A DNA stretch of 64,000 bases from Bacteriovoracaceae bacterium (GTDB taxonomy: Bacteria > Bdellovibrionota > Bacteriovoracia > Bacteriovoracales > Bacteriovoracaceae): the NCBI GenBank assembly GCA_048270185.1, contig JBLWTJ010000002.1:320001-384000 (forward strand), given 5' to 3'. Positions 29,101-38,043 of this stretch are shown here, piece by piece. The position numbers and the translations under genes were made by a program. Each line of letters opens with the position of its first letter. The stretch's first letter is position 1. Under the pieces are notes generated by a model that worked only from the letters and a program-made list of their open reading frames with translations, had not been told where the DNA came from and made no database searches.

Positions 29101-30240
29101 CTACTTTAAGCTCTTAAGCTCGTTAGCAGCAATAACAACACGTTGAATTTCCGAAGTCCCTTCATAAATTTCAGTAATCTTTGCATCACGGAAGAAACGC
29201 TCCACCGGATACTCCTTAGTATATCCATTTCCACCACAAACTTGGATTGCTTGTGTTGTAATCCACATTGCAGACTCAGCAGCAAAAAGTTTTGCTTGAG
29301 CAGATTGAAGTGAATACTCTTCACCATTATCTTTTCTACGTGAAGCTTCCCAAATAAGAAGACGTGACGCAGCAAGTTTAGTACTCATATCTGCAAGCTT
29401 AAACTGAATTGCTTGAAGAGCATGAAGTGGCTTACCAAATTGGATTCTCTCATTTGAATAATGCTTGGCATAACGGAATGCAGCTTCACCAATCCCTAAG
29501 GCTTGAGCAGCAATACCAATACGTCCACCATCAAGAGTATTCATCGCAATTTTGAAACCTTTCTCATATTCACCAAGTAAATTCTCTTTTGGTACCCTTA
29601 CTTTATCAAATGCAATTTGAGCTGTTGAAGACCCTTTGATCCCCAGCTTATCTTCACACTTCATAACTTCGAAACCTTCAGAGTCACATTCAACAATGAA
29701 TGCCGAGATTCCTTTGTAGTTATCAGTCTTAGATGTTTTTGCAAAAACTACAGCGATATTTGCTTCCTTACCATTTGTAATGAAGTTCTTAGTCCCTGTG
29801 ATTTCGTAGTAATCACCTTTATCTTCTGCAAAAGTTGTTAATGAACCTGCATCCGTTCCAGCATTTGGTTCAGATAGACAGAAACAACCAATATGCTCAC
29901 CAGTAGCAAGCTTTGGAAGATACTTCTTCTTTTGCTCTTCATTACCAAAGGCAAGAATTGGGTAAACACATAAAGATGTGTGAGCTGAAATTAGAACACC
30001 TGTCGAAGCACAACCACGAGAAATCTCTTCAACGATAATTGAATAAGATACGTAATCCATCCCTGCTCCACCGTACTCTTCAGGTACGTAAGAACCAAGA
30101 AAACCGTTCTCACCTAGCTTTGCAACTAAATCAGTTGGGATCTTTTCATTCTTATCGATTGAAGCCGCTAGTGGTGCAACTTCGCTGTCTGCAAATTTAG
30201 AAACTAAGTCTCTAAGTTCTTGGTAATCACTTAACATCAT
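29101..30240 (-). CDS. Short-chain (butyryl-CoA-type) acyl-CoA dehydrogenase
   Basis: FCLSEPNAGTD, GTKNFITNG, GRIGIAAQALG and IYEGTSEIQR motifs. Confidence 0.93.
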   Translation of the reverse strand: MMLSDYQELRDLVSKFADSEVAPLAASIDKNEKIPTDLVAKLGENGFLGSYVPEEYGGAGMDYVSYSIIVEEISRGCASTGVLISAHTSLCVYPILAFGNEEQKKKYLPKLATGEHIGCFCLSEPNAGTDAGSLTTFAEDKGDYYEITGTKNFITNGKEANIAVVFAKTSKTDNYKGISAFIVECDSEGFEVMKCEDKLGIKGSSTAQIAFDKVRVPKENLLGEYEKGFKIAMNTLDGGRIGIAAQALGIGEAAFRYAKHYSNERIQFGKPLHALQAIQFKLADMSTKLAASRLLIWEASRRKDNGEEYSLQSAQAKLFAAESAMWITTQAIQVCGGNGYTKEYPVERFFRDAKITEIYEGTSEIQRVVIAANELKSLK

Positions 30241-30243
30241 ATA

Positions 30244-31041
30244 TTATTCCCCTTTAAATTCAGGTTTTCTTTTTTCAACAAAAGCCGTCGTCCCTTCTTT
30301 CATATCGTAAGAAGAGAAAATATCACCAAAGTGACGAGCTTCAATATCAAGACCTTGTTCAACAGTAAGGTCATTACCTTCATTCATAATCATCTTTGAA
30401 ATTGCTACTGCATTTGGCGAGTTCTTAGCAATTGTTTCTAAAGTCTTCATTGCTTCATCAAGCATCTCTTGTTGTGTCTCGAAAGAGCGAACAACTAACC
30501 CTATTTCCTTAGCCTCATTGATATCAACATTACGTCCAGAGTAGACGATTTCTTTAGCACGATTTCGACCAATTAATTTTGCAAGTCTTTGAGTTCCCCC
30601 AAAACCAGGAACAAGACCAAGCTTAACTTCAGGTTGACCAAAGACAGCAGAATTAGTTGCATAGATAAAGTCACATGCCATGGCCATTTCACAACCGCCA
30701 CCAAGTGCAAAGCCATTTACACATGCGATAACTGGAATGTTTAAGCTTTCAAAAAGTAGTGTTACGTCTTGTCCAAGAGTTGAAAAATCATGTCCTTCAT
30801 CAACACTCATATCACTCATTTCAGCAATATCGGCACCAGCAATAAACGCCTTCTCACCAGCACCTGTAAAAATCATCCCCCTAAGGTCATGACCTTCACT
30901 TAGTGAAGATAGGAAGTCCTTAAGTTCATGAAGTACTTGTGAATTAAGAGCATTGTACTTCTTTTCACGATTAACTTTTAAAACACCAATATCTCCCATT
31001 TTTTCAAATGAGATCGTTTCGAAATTAGTACTCATAGACAC
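30244..31041 (-). CDS. crt: Enoyl-CoA hydratase (crotonase)
   Basis: [15 protein letters not shown] and [18 protein letters not shown] motifs. Confidence 0.92.
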   Translation of the reverse strand: MSMSTNFETISFEKMGDIGVLKVNREKKYNALNSQVLHELKDFLSSLSEGHDLRGMIFTGAGEKAFIAGADIAEMSDMSVDEGHDFSTLGQDVTLLFESLNIPVIACVNGFALGGGCEMAMACDFIYATNSAVFGQPEVKLGLVPGFGGTQRLAKLIGRNRAKEIVYSGRNVDINEAKEIGLVVRSFETQQEMLDEAMKTLETIAKNSPNAVAISKMIMNEGNDLTVEQGLDIEARHFGDIFSSYDMKEGTTAFVEKRKPEFKGE

Positions 31042-31870
31042 CCTTTCCTACTTTGCGACCAAAGCGCCCAGCAGTTACGTATTTTTTAAGAAGTGGACAT
31101 GGACGATATTTTGTATCACCTAGGCCGTCGTGAAGAACTTCCATGATAGCAAGACAAGTATCAAGGCCGATGAAGTCAGCAAGCTCTAATGGACCCATTG
31201 GCTGGTTACATCCAAGCTTCATTGCATCGTCAATTCCTTTAGCTTCAGCAACACCTTCATAAAGTGTGTAGAAAGCTTCGTTAATCATTGGCATAAGAAT
31301 TCTATTAACAGCAAAACCTGCAACGTCATCAGCGCGAACAACAGTTTTACCCATTTTCGTTGCCGCTTCTTCAACAGCGTTGATTGTCTCTGAGCTTGTT
31401 TCAAGCCCTGTGATTGTTTCAACAAGCTTCATTACTGGAACAGGATTCATAAAGTGCATTCCCGCAACTTTCGCTGGACGAGAAGTTGCCGCTGCAATTT
31501 CAGTAATTGAGATAGAAGAAGTATTTGAAGCTAAAATTGCTTCTGGTTTTGCAATTTCATCTAATTGTTTAAAAATTTGAAATTTAATGGCCTTATTTTC
31601 AGTGGCCGCTTCAATGAAAAGGTCGCAATCCTTAAGAGCATTTAAGTCACTAGTTGCGGTTAGGTTTGCAAGTGTTGAATCAACAAACCCTTGCTCCCAT
31701 TTTCCTTTTGAAACACCCTTTTCTAATTGCTTTTTAATGAAGTTATGACCGAAATCTAGCCCCTCAGCATTGATATCATACATAAATACTTGATAGTCAT
31801 TCATGGCAGCAACTTGAGCAATACCTCGGCCCATTTGCCCCGCCCCAATAACGGCAATTTGTTTAATCAT
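31025..31870 (-). CDS. hbd: 3-hydroxybutyryl-CoA dehydrogenase
   Basis: [23 protein letters not shown] and [14 protein letters not shown] motifs. Confidence 0.93.
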   Translation of the reverse strand: MIKQIAVIGAGQMGRGIAQVAAMNDYQVFMYDINAEGLDFGHNFIKKQLEKGVSKGKWEQGFVDSTLANLTATSDLNALKDCDLFIEAATENKAIKFQIFKQLDEIAKPEAILASNTSSISITEIAAATSRPAKVAGMHFMNPVPVMKLVETITGLETSSETINAVEEAATKMGKTVVRADDVAGFAVNRILMPMINEAFYTLYEGVAEAKGIDDAMKLGCNQPMGPLELADFIGLDTCLAIMEVLHDGLGDTKYRPCPLLKKYVTAGRFGRKVGKGVYEY

Positions 31871-32087
31871 TGTGTCTCCTTTATTATTCGCTTTGAAACT
31901 ACCTAATTTAACAGCAATCGTCCATTAAATAAGAGGTTAAGAGCAAGCCAACACATAGCACAAACATCAATAAATAGTACTTAAAGGGTCTGTAATATTA
32001 ACTTTTCGCTTGCAAAGATGTGGCATAAAGATTATAAAAAGTGGCTTAATAAATAGTTGTTGAACAAGTTAAACGTAGGAGTCGATT

Positions 32088-32348
32088 GTGGCAAACCACA
32101 AATCTGCAAAGAAAAGATCAAGACAAGCAATTGTTAGAAACGAAAGAAATACAGCAAGAAAATCAATGGTTAAGACTGCTGTTAAGAAAGTTAGAAGTGC
32201 TATTGAAGCAGGTTCAAAAGAAGAAGCATCAACTCTTCTAGTAACTGCACAAAAGCTTCTTGGACGTCTTGCTAAGCACGGAGTTATCAAAAATAACGCT
32301 GCTGCAAGAAAGACATCTAGACTTGCTAGCCAAATTAATAAACTTTAA
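32088..32348 (+). CDS. rpsT: 30S ribosomal protein S20
   Basis: ANHKSAKKR and NNAAARKTSRL motifs; GTG start after AGGAG. Confidence 0.97.
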   Translation: MANHKSAKKRSRQAIVRNERNTARKSMVKTAVKKVRSAIEAGSKEEASTLLVTAQKLLGRLAKHGVIKNNAAARKTSRLASQINKL

Positions 32349-32373
32349 TTCTAATTAATAGTTTGAATATATT

Positions 32374-32400
32374 AAAAGCGGAGTGTAAGCTCCGCTTTTT
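32374..32400. terminator. Bidirectional intrinsic terminator
   Basis: AAAAGCGGAG-TGTAAG-CTCCGCTTTTT. Confidence 0.88.
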
Positions 32401-32427
32401 GTGTTTTTTAAATTAAAGTTTTTTTAA

Positions 32428-33351
32428 CTAGAGAGCTAGAAACTCACGTCTTAACTGATCTCTTAGCCAGAAGTCTTTCGACTTTGCCATTATTTCAAAA
32501 TCAATTATTTTCTGCTGAAAAGCGACTAACTCCTCAATATCCCATTTACGAGAAGCTAACTGAATCCCACGATCATACTTGCTTGGAGACTTCTTAGCTT
32601 TTAAATAGGATGGATCAATCACTTTTGAGATATGTCCCTGGAAAGAGCGGAAGAAGTCCATATAGAGGCCAAAGTCATCTTCAATTAAGAGTAGATTCAA
32701 GAAGAACCTCTTTAAATTTCCCTGATTAAATAGATCTGTTTGATCAAAGAAGTCTAGCTTCTTAACTTTAATTAAGCTCTTGGCCTTCTCAATTGAAACT
32801 GTTCCCGATTCATTCACATAGTGAGAAAGAATATGGCAGCTATTAAAGTATTCACTCGCAGTTGCCTCAACAGACTTCTCAATGAAATTCTTTAACTGAG
32901 GCGTCATCTTGAATCCAAAGTAATCAGCAAAGAGATCTAAGTATTGACCAAAATGCCATGTCTTAGGTGCTGTTAAAGCAAGAGAATTTAGATCTTTAGG
33001 AAAGTGCTTTAAAACCCTACCTTTAGTTATAAATACTACTGAATCACTAATTAATTCACGGTTATTTTCAAAGGCTTCAAAAATATTAGCTTTGATTTCT
33101 TGAGCATCGATAACAATGAATGGGCCATTGCTTCCAAATAGTCCACCGCCGGCCAGTAGCTCTTGTTCGATAAAGTCGAGATTAAACTCATTTGGCCAAA
33201 GTTTCTTAGCGTTTTTTGAGAGCTTGTCACAAATAATTTTCGAGCTAAATTCATCAGGTATACTTAAGTGATAAAAACCTTCAAACTTAGATAGTATATC
33301 AGTAATTTTTTTGATTTCAGATAATTCAAAACTTTGTTTCTTAGAAGGCAT
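32428..33351 (-). CDS. holA: Divergent DNA polymerase III delta subunit
   Basis: GGGLFG motif, size, and conserved lptE-holA><rpsT synteny; sequence is very divergent. Confidence 0.65.
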   Translation of the reverse strand: MPSKKQSFELSEIKKITDILSKFEGFYHLSIPDEFSSKIICDKLSKNAKKLWPNEFNLDFIEQELLAGGGLFGSNGPFIVIDAQEIKANIFEAFENNRELISDSVVFITKGRVLKHFPKDLNSLALTAPKTWHFGQYLDLFADYFGFKMTPQLKNFIEKSVEATASEYFNSCHILSHYVNESGTVSIEKAKSLIKVKKLDFFDQTDLFNQGNLKRFFLNLLLIEDDFGLYMDFFRSFQGHISKVIDPSYLKAKKSPSKYDRGIQLASRKWDIEELVAFQQKIIDFEIMAKSKDFWLRDQLRREFLAL

Positions 33352-33997
33352 AGAGTAATACCTCTCTAAAGTCTTCACCGAAGTTCTTAGCACCATCGGC
33401 CAGCGACTTTTTAAAAGTTCCGCGGTTTTTTACACTTCGAAGAGGGGCCGCACTATCAATGCCTCCTACTGTATTTTCAATAATGTATGAGTCAGTAATA
33501 CTAAACTCTTTTGAGAAAATACTGCGTGGAAATTGTGAGTGGTCTAATTTATAGAATGATTCATAGAACTTAATCTCATCATCATTAGGTTTTTTGAATA
33601 CATTGATATTGATTTTAAATTGATAATCACCGCTCGTAGAAAGATAGAATGCATTACGATTACCAATTTGGTTTTGTTGATCTTCACTCATAAGTGTATC
33701 ACCTGTTTCCGTGATCTCTTCACCGGCCTTCTTAAGGCTTGTGATTTCAGCAAGTAAGATCGCATCACTTTCATAATTCTTCCCTGTTCTAACCCTAAGG
33801 CCACTAAAGGAAGATAGTGTTTCAACGATTTGATCGGTATAGATTTGAGATAACCCCGATATTCCAGTGTGATTCTTAACAATAAATACTGTTACACTTC
33901 TAACACCCTGTGCCTCAAATGGGTTATTTGAATCACTAAAACGGTAACCTGCACAAGAAATGAGAAGTAAAAATGACGTAATGAAAAGAAGTCTCAT
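33341..33997 (-). CDS. lptE: LPS assembly lipoprotein LptE-like
   Basis: Lipobox LISC-AGYRF, NHT motif, synteny with holA. Confidence 0.75.
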   Translation of the reverse strand: MRLLFITSFLLLISCAGYRFSDSNNPFEAQGVRSVTVFIVKNHTGISGLSQIYTDQIVETLSSFSGLRVRTGKNYESDAILLAEITSLKKAGEEITETGDTLMSEDQQNQIGNRNAFYLSTSGDYQFKININVFKKPNDDEIKFYESFYKLDHSQFPRSIFSKEFSITDSYIIENTVGGIDSAAPLRSVKNRGTFKKSLADGAKNFGEDFREVLLYAF

Positions 33998-34062
33998 ATT
34001 TATACTATGCCTAGTATTAATAGGATCGTCTATTATTTTGACTGGTCCAAATAACTTAATAT

Positions 34063-34602
34063 ATGATGCGTATTGTGAAAGACCTTAAGAGTATTTTAAA
34101 AGACTATGACAAAGACACGAACTTGTCTCGCTACAAGAATTATGCCCCAAAGAAGGGCCTTGGTAGCGTTGACCTTTTCGACTTCTTGGACTTAGTAAAC
34201 TCTTGGGATCAAGTGGTTGGCCCACGACTTTCTCAATTTACAATTCCGCTTAAACTTAAGAGTAAATCACTAACCATTCTCACTTCTCACCCAGTCTATG
34301 CTCAACAGCTTAAGTACATGGAAAGTGAAATTATCAAGTCTATTGGCAATGTGCTCCCTGCAACACTAGGTCATATTTCAAAGGTCTTCTTTCAAGTTGA
34401 TAATAAGTATTTCACAGAGAAGAAAGCAAAAAGTATTCAAAAAGAAGTCGTGAAAAAAGAAGTTGAAAATAGACTTCATCCACAATCTCCTGAATACAAG
34501 GCCATTATGCAACAAGCAGCTGTAGAGTTTCATGATATTGAAGATGAAGAATTAAAGCAGTCTTTAATGTCGATTTTCTTTCAATTACGCACGAAGAAGT
34601 GA
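34063..34602 (+). CDS. dciA: DciA/DUF721 family helicase-loader protein
   Basis: WDQVVGPRLSQFTIP...LTILTSHPVYAQQLKYM matches the DUF721 pattern. Confidence 0.8.
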   Translation: MMRIVKDLKSILKDYDKDTNLSRYKNYAPKKGLGSVDLFDFLDLVNSWDQVVGPRLSQFTIPLKLKSKSLTILTSHPVYAQQLKYMESEIIKSIGNVLPATLGHISKVFFQVDNKYFTEKKAKSIQKEVVKKEVENRLHPQSPEYKAIMQQAAVEFHDIEDEELKQSLMSIFFQLRTKK

Positions 34603-35190
34603 GTAGATACTAAATTTATCTGACTTAAGCTCAAGCCTAATTAAATCTTTAAACTCTAAATTTGCGAATTCACTCGTTAAGTCATTTGTTTCTCTGCAAA
34701 CAAAGAATAGATGTCCACCTTTTTTAAGTGCACTATGAGCACAGCGAATAAGGCCCGTTAACTCTGTGTCTTGATACTCACGACAAAGACGAGTGTTCTT
34801 ATTCACAGATGATCGACTGTGGTTAGCATTAAAATAAGGAGGGTTCATTACAATAAGATCAAATTCACCTATTAATTGAGTCTGTAGCAAATTTCCTTGG
34901 TGGATATTAAATATCGTCTCATTAAAGTGATCTTTTAATACATTAATATTAGATTCTAAATGTTTAAGGTATTCTTTTTGAAGTTCATAAAAATCAACTG
35001 ATTCAAATCTGACTTGAGACTTCTGCATAATTTCTAAAAGAATGACACCACAACCAGCGCAGAAATCAGCCCCCTTAACTACTGAAAGATTTAATTCCTT
35101 TAGGTAGCTTGCAACAAAATTGGCCAATTCAATTGAATCACGTGAAAAGCGATAAAACTCGGGTTGACTGTAATTAGAAATTAATTCCAT
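34585..35190 (-). CDS. SAM-dependent N6-adenine methyltransferase, YfiC/TrmN6 (tRNA m6A37)-like
   Basis: YRFSRDSIELA, DFCAGCGVI and NPPY motifs. Confidence 0.8.
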   Translation of the reverse strand: MELISNYSQPEFYRFSRDSIELANFVASYLKELNLSVVKGADFCAGCGVILLEIMQKSQVRFESVDFYELQKEYLKHLESNINVLKDHFNETIFNIHQGNLLQTQLIGEFDLIVMNPPYFNANHSRSSVNKNTRLCREYQDTELTGLIRCAHSALKKGGHLFFVCRETNDLTSEFANLEFKDLIRLELKSDKFSIYSLLRA

Positions 35191-35761
35191 GCTTTCTTAA
35201 TGCTTGGGAAATTCCATCAAGATCTTCGCCTTCTCTTACAATCTTTGCAGAAAGGCCTGAAAGAAGAATTATTGTTGATGAGCTTCCACTTGGCTCTAAA
35301 TAATCGGAGCTAATAAAATTACTTTCAGGGCAATATTTTTGCCAAAACTCATTGGCCTCTTGAGTTGAACTAATCGGCTCAGACCCAGTTAGGTTAAGAC
35401 TTGTTGAAGTGATGAACCCAGGAAAATCCCTAATACATTCGTCAATTATCTCATTCTTTATAACTCGAAAACAGATAAATTCTGTTTCCTTAAATGGCTC
35501 ATTAGGTAGATTCAGTTCAAGACTTACCTTAGGCAAACCAACTGTGATTTGGAATTTAAAAAGGTCTTCAAATAACTCTGAAAGATTTTGAGAGCCTTTG
35601 AAATTATCAATAATATTTTCAACATTATTAGTTAAAATACTTAAGGGCTTACTAAGTGAAGTTCCCTTGATTTTGGCTATTAGCTCATAAGTCTCAAGGA
35701 GAAATGGATCACCTCCAATTCCCCACACTGTATCTGTCGGATAAACAAAAATCTTTTTCAT
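35174..35761 (-). CDS. tsaC: L-threonylcarbamoyladenylate synthase (TsaC/Sua5/YrdC)
   Basis: YPTDTVWGIG, KG...KPLS, STSLNLTG and SSTII motifs. Confidence 0.85.
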   Translation of the reverse strand: MKKIFVYPTDTVWGIGGDPFLLETYELIAKIKGTSLSKPLSILTNNVENIIDNFKGSQNLSELFEDLFKFQITVGLPKVSLELNLPNEPFKETEFICFRVIKNEIIDECIRDFPGFITSTSLNLTGSEPISSTQEANEFWQKYCPESNFISSDYLEPSGSSSTIILLSGLSAKIVREGEDLDGISQALRKHGINF

Positions 35762-36867
35762 AGATCAACCATTAAATTTTTAATAATTAACTCATCCCTT
35801 TGTCCGAGATAGAGTAATTGAAAAGCCACCCAACTATTTGGAGACTCTTCTAATTGTGAATTTAGGTATGCTCTTTCTATACTAAAAACAGGTCTTTCAA
35901 AAGACTTATCTTTTTTCACAAGCTCTCTTTTAAAGACAGGATTCTTTAGAGCTGAAATAAGGGCCATCATTTCGTCAAAATTATACTTCTTATAATTGCT
36001 AATAACTTGGTCGATAAGCTTCTGTCTTAACTTACCTACATTCGGCAATCCATACTCAAAAATCAAGTTATTATATGAATTAAAACTTTCAACTGCAGGT
36101 GATGAGAAATACTTAAAAATTAAGTCTTGTTTTACTTTATAATTATCCAGCTCCTGTGACCAGAAGGGTGCTAACTTAACTCCATACTTATAACTATTTA
36201 TATCAAACTCGAGTACTGCACCAAAGGTCTGATTCAGAAGCTGAGTCAACTTAAGGCGGCTATCACCTTTTGAAATATGAGTAAATTTTTTAAAGAACAT
36301 TAGCTTATAGACTTCTTCAATACTCGACTCATTTACGATTTCAAAAACTCGATTAATATACTTGGCATATATTGCTTTCTTATCCTTTGGTATATTTTGA
36401 TTAATCCAAATTGGATAACCAATAATATCTCTACCTAAAAGTTCAATAACAACATCTGTTAACCACTCATTCTTATTAATAGAAGACGAAATAATAATCT
36501 CAAGAAGTAGATCATGAAATGTTTTACGAGATAGCTTCTTTAAGAAATTTCGATGCATCTTATTCTTACTATCAAATTTTGTTTTTAAGGCCGTTTCAAT
36601 TTCAGAAATATAATCTTTTTGATACTGACGAGTTTCATTATTAATAACGATATCTGGGTAAAAGAGATTTTGACACTTAGCCTGAAATTCTATCCATGGA
36701 TTTGTATCACCTTTATTAGTAGTAAAAGCATAGATCAGATTAAATTCAAAAGGTGAAACTTGTGAACACTCACTAGGTGGGGCCTTAACATAGTCAGCAA
36801 TATATTCAATACCAGTTAAAGAGACGTTAAAATTAATATTAACGTAGTTTAAAAATATCTTTTTTTT
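35758..36867 (-). CDS. Hypothetical helical region; probable C-terminal part of the upstream GYF-like membrane protein, in the -1 frame
   Basis: The frame is open for 103 codons upstream of the tracked ATG 36558, with no ATG/GTG/TTG, back to a TAA at 36868-36870 that includes the first two As of the A10 run. Confidence 0.7.
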   Translation of the reverse strand, partial: KKKIFLNYVNINFNVSLTGIEYIADYVKAPPSECSQVSPFEFNLIYAFTTNKGDTNPWIEFQAKCQNLFYPDIVINNETRQYQKDYISEIETALKTKFDSKNKMHRNFLKKLSRKTFHDLLLEIIISSSINKNEWLTDVVIELLGRDIIGYPIWINQNIPKDKKAIYAKYINRVFEIVNESSIEEVYKLMFFKKFTHISKGDSRLKLTQLLNQTFGAVLEFDINSYKYGVKLAPFWSQELDNYKVKQDLIFKYFSSPAVESFNSYNNLIFEYGLPNVGKLRQKLIDQVISNYKKYNFDEMMALISALKNPVFKRELVKKDKSFERPVFSIERAYLNSQLEESPNSWVAFQLLYLGQRDELIIKNLMVDL

Positions 36868-37976
36868 TTATCGGCTTGGAACTCTTGCGCCAGTACAGTT
36901 GTCGTTGGCATTTTGAAGTTTATAGTAGAGAGAATATCCTTACCTACAAGTTTAGAATAGAACTTTGAAATGAAAAATAAAAGAACAGCTAAGACAACAA
37001 TGGCGATATAAACAAAGCTATAATCATTTTTTCTTTTTTTCTTTTTGCCGACCTTCTTTTTTTTACCAACTTTCTTCTTTTTTGAAGGCTTTGGCATTTC
37101 AACGGCCTGCATCGGCTCAATAGGCTCATCTTCTTCATCTTCAACTTGAGATAAATCAGCGACTGTTTGCTTCTTTTTTTCTTCTTCAAGCGCCATCTTT
37201 GCTTTTAATGCAACATCATCTTGAACTTTTGAAGATTCACTTTCTTCAAGCTCTCTTGCAAGTAAATCAATTTCACTTTCTACTGATTCAACAGCAGGAG
37301 CAACATCACAATGTCCTCCCATATCTGCAATATCAGGAAAGTCTAAGTCTGAAGCGTCAGGAAGAACAACCTCTTCCTCCCCTTCAGCATCCATTGCCTG
37401 AGCAGCTTCAGCTAAGCTTACACCGTTGTCCTCTTCAATCGAAATTGCGTCAAGAGGACTACTTGTCTGTGCACTAGTCACAGGAGCTGGGACAGGATCA
37501 GGCAGCTTATTATTTGAATAATCAATAGGTTCAGGAAAATCGAGATCGTCTTCAGCTGGAAGAAGAATTTCTTCCTCACCGTTTGCATCGACAGAACTAG
37601 CAGCTTCATTAACTTGGATAGTCTGGGTAGCAGGCCCTTTTGGAGCTTCTTCAGTCGGTACTGCAGGTGTTGCAGGGATATTAGATGACTCTTGGTATTT
37701 CTGTTCAATACCAGTCGTTCGAACAAGTCCACCTAACTTATTCGCAATTTTAGTTTCAGCTTCTGCTACAGGGTTAAAGTCTTGTTCTTCACTACCAAAT
37801 AAGTACTTATTAAGAAGTTGATCTTCTTTAATCCAAATCCAAAAACCATTACCACTACAGATTTCATCTTCGTCAGTTAGAGTACCATCTTGAACAAACT
37901 CAATCACTTTCTCCTTGGAAAGTGGGCCGAGTATTTTATTTGCTTTTGTACGAATTAACCAATTTCTTTCATTCAT
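36849..37976 (-). CDS. GYF_2-like N-terminal domain, acidic Pro-rich linker, basic patch and single TM helix; reading ends just after an A10 run
   Basis: WLIRT...ILGPLSKEKVIEFVQDGTLTDEDEI...W pattern; TM YSFVYIAIVVLAVLLFFI; ends DKKKRYF*. Confidence 0.8.
   Translation of the reverse strand: MNERNWLIRTKANKILGPLSKEKVIEFVQDGTLTDEDEICSGNGFWIWIKEDQLLNKYLFGSEEQDFNPVAEAETKIANKLGGLVRTTGIEQKYQESSNIPATPAVPTEEAPKGPATQTIQVNEAASSVDANGEEEILLPAEDDLDFPEPIDYSNNKLPDPVPAPVTSAQTSSPLDAISIEEDNGVSLAEAAQAMDAEGEEEVVLPDASDLDFPDIADMGGHCDVAPAVESVESEIDLLARELEESESSKVQDDVALKAKMALEEEKKKQTVADLSQVEDEEDEPIEPMQAVEMPKPSKKKKVGKKKKVGKKKKRKNDYSFVYIAIVVLAVLLFFISKFYSKLVGKDILSTINFKMPTTTVLAQEFQADKKKRYF
36860..36869 (-). other. A10 slippery homopolymer (GAT AAA AAA AAA AGA) joining two reading frames
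   Basis: T10 on the plus strand; one extra A or a -1 shift fuses 37976 through 35758 into one 739-aa ORF. Confidence 0.7.
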
Positions 37977-38043
37977 CTATAGTAAGTCTTTTATCTTTTT
38001 TATAAATTTTTTAGAAGTCTTTATATTTTTTATTTATTATACC

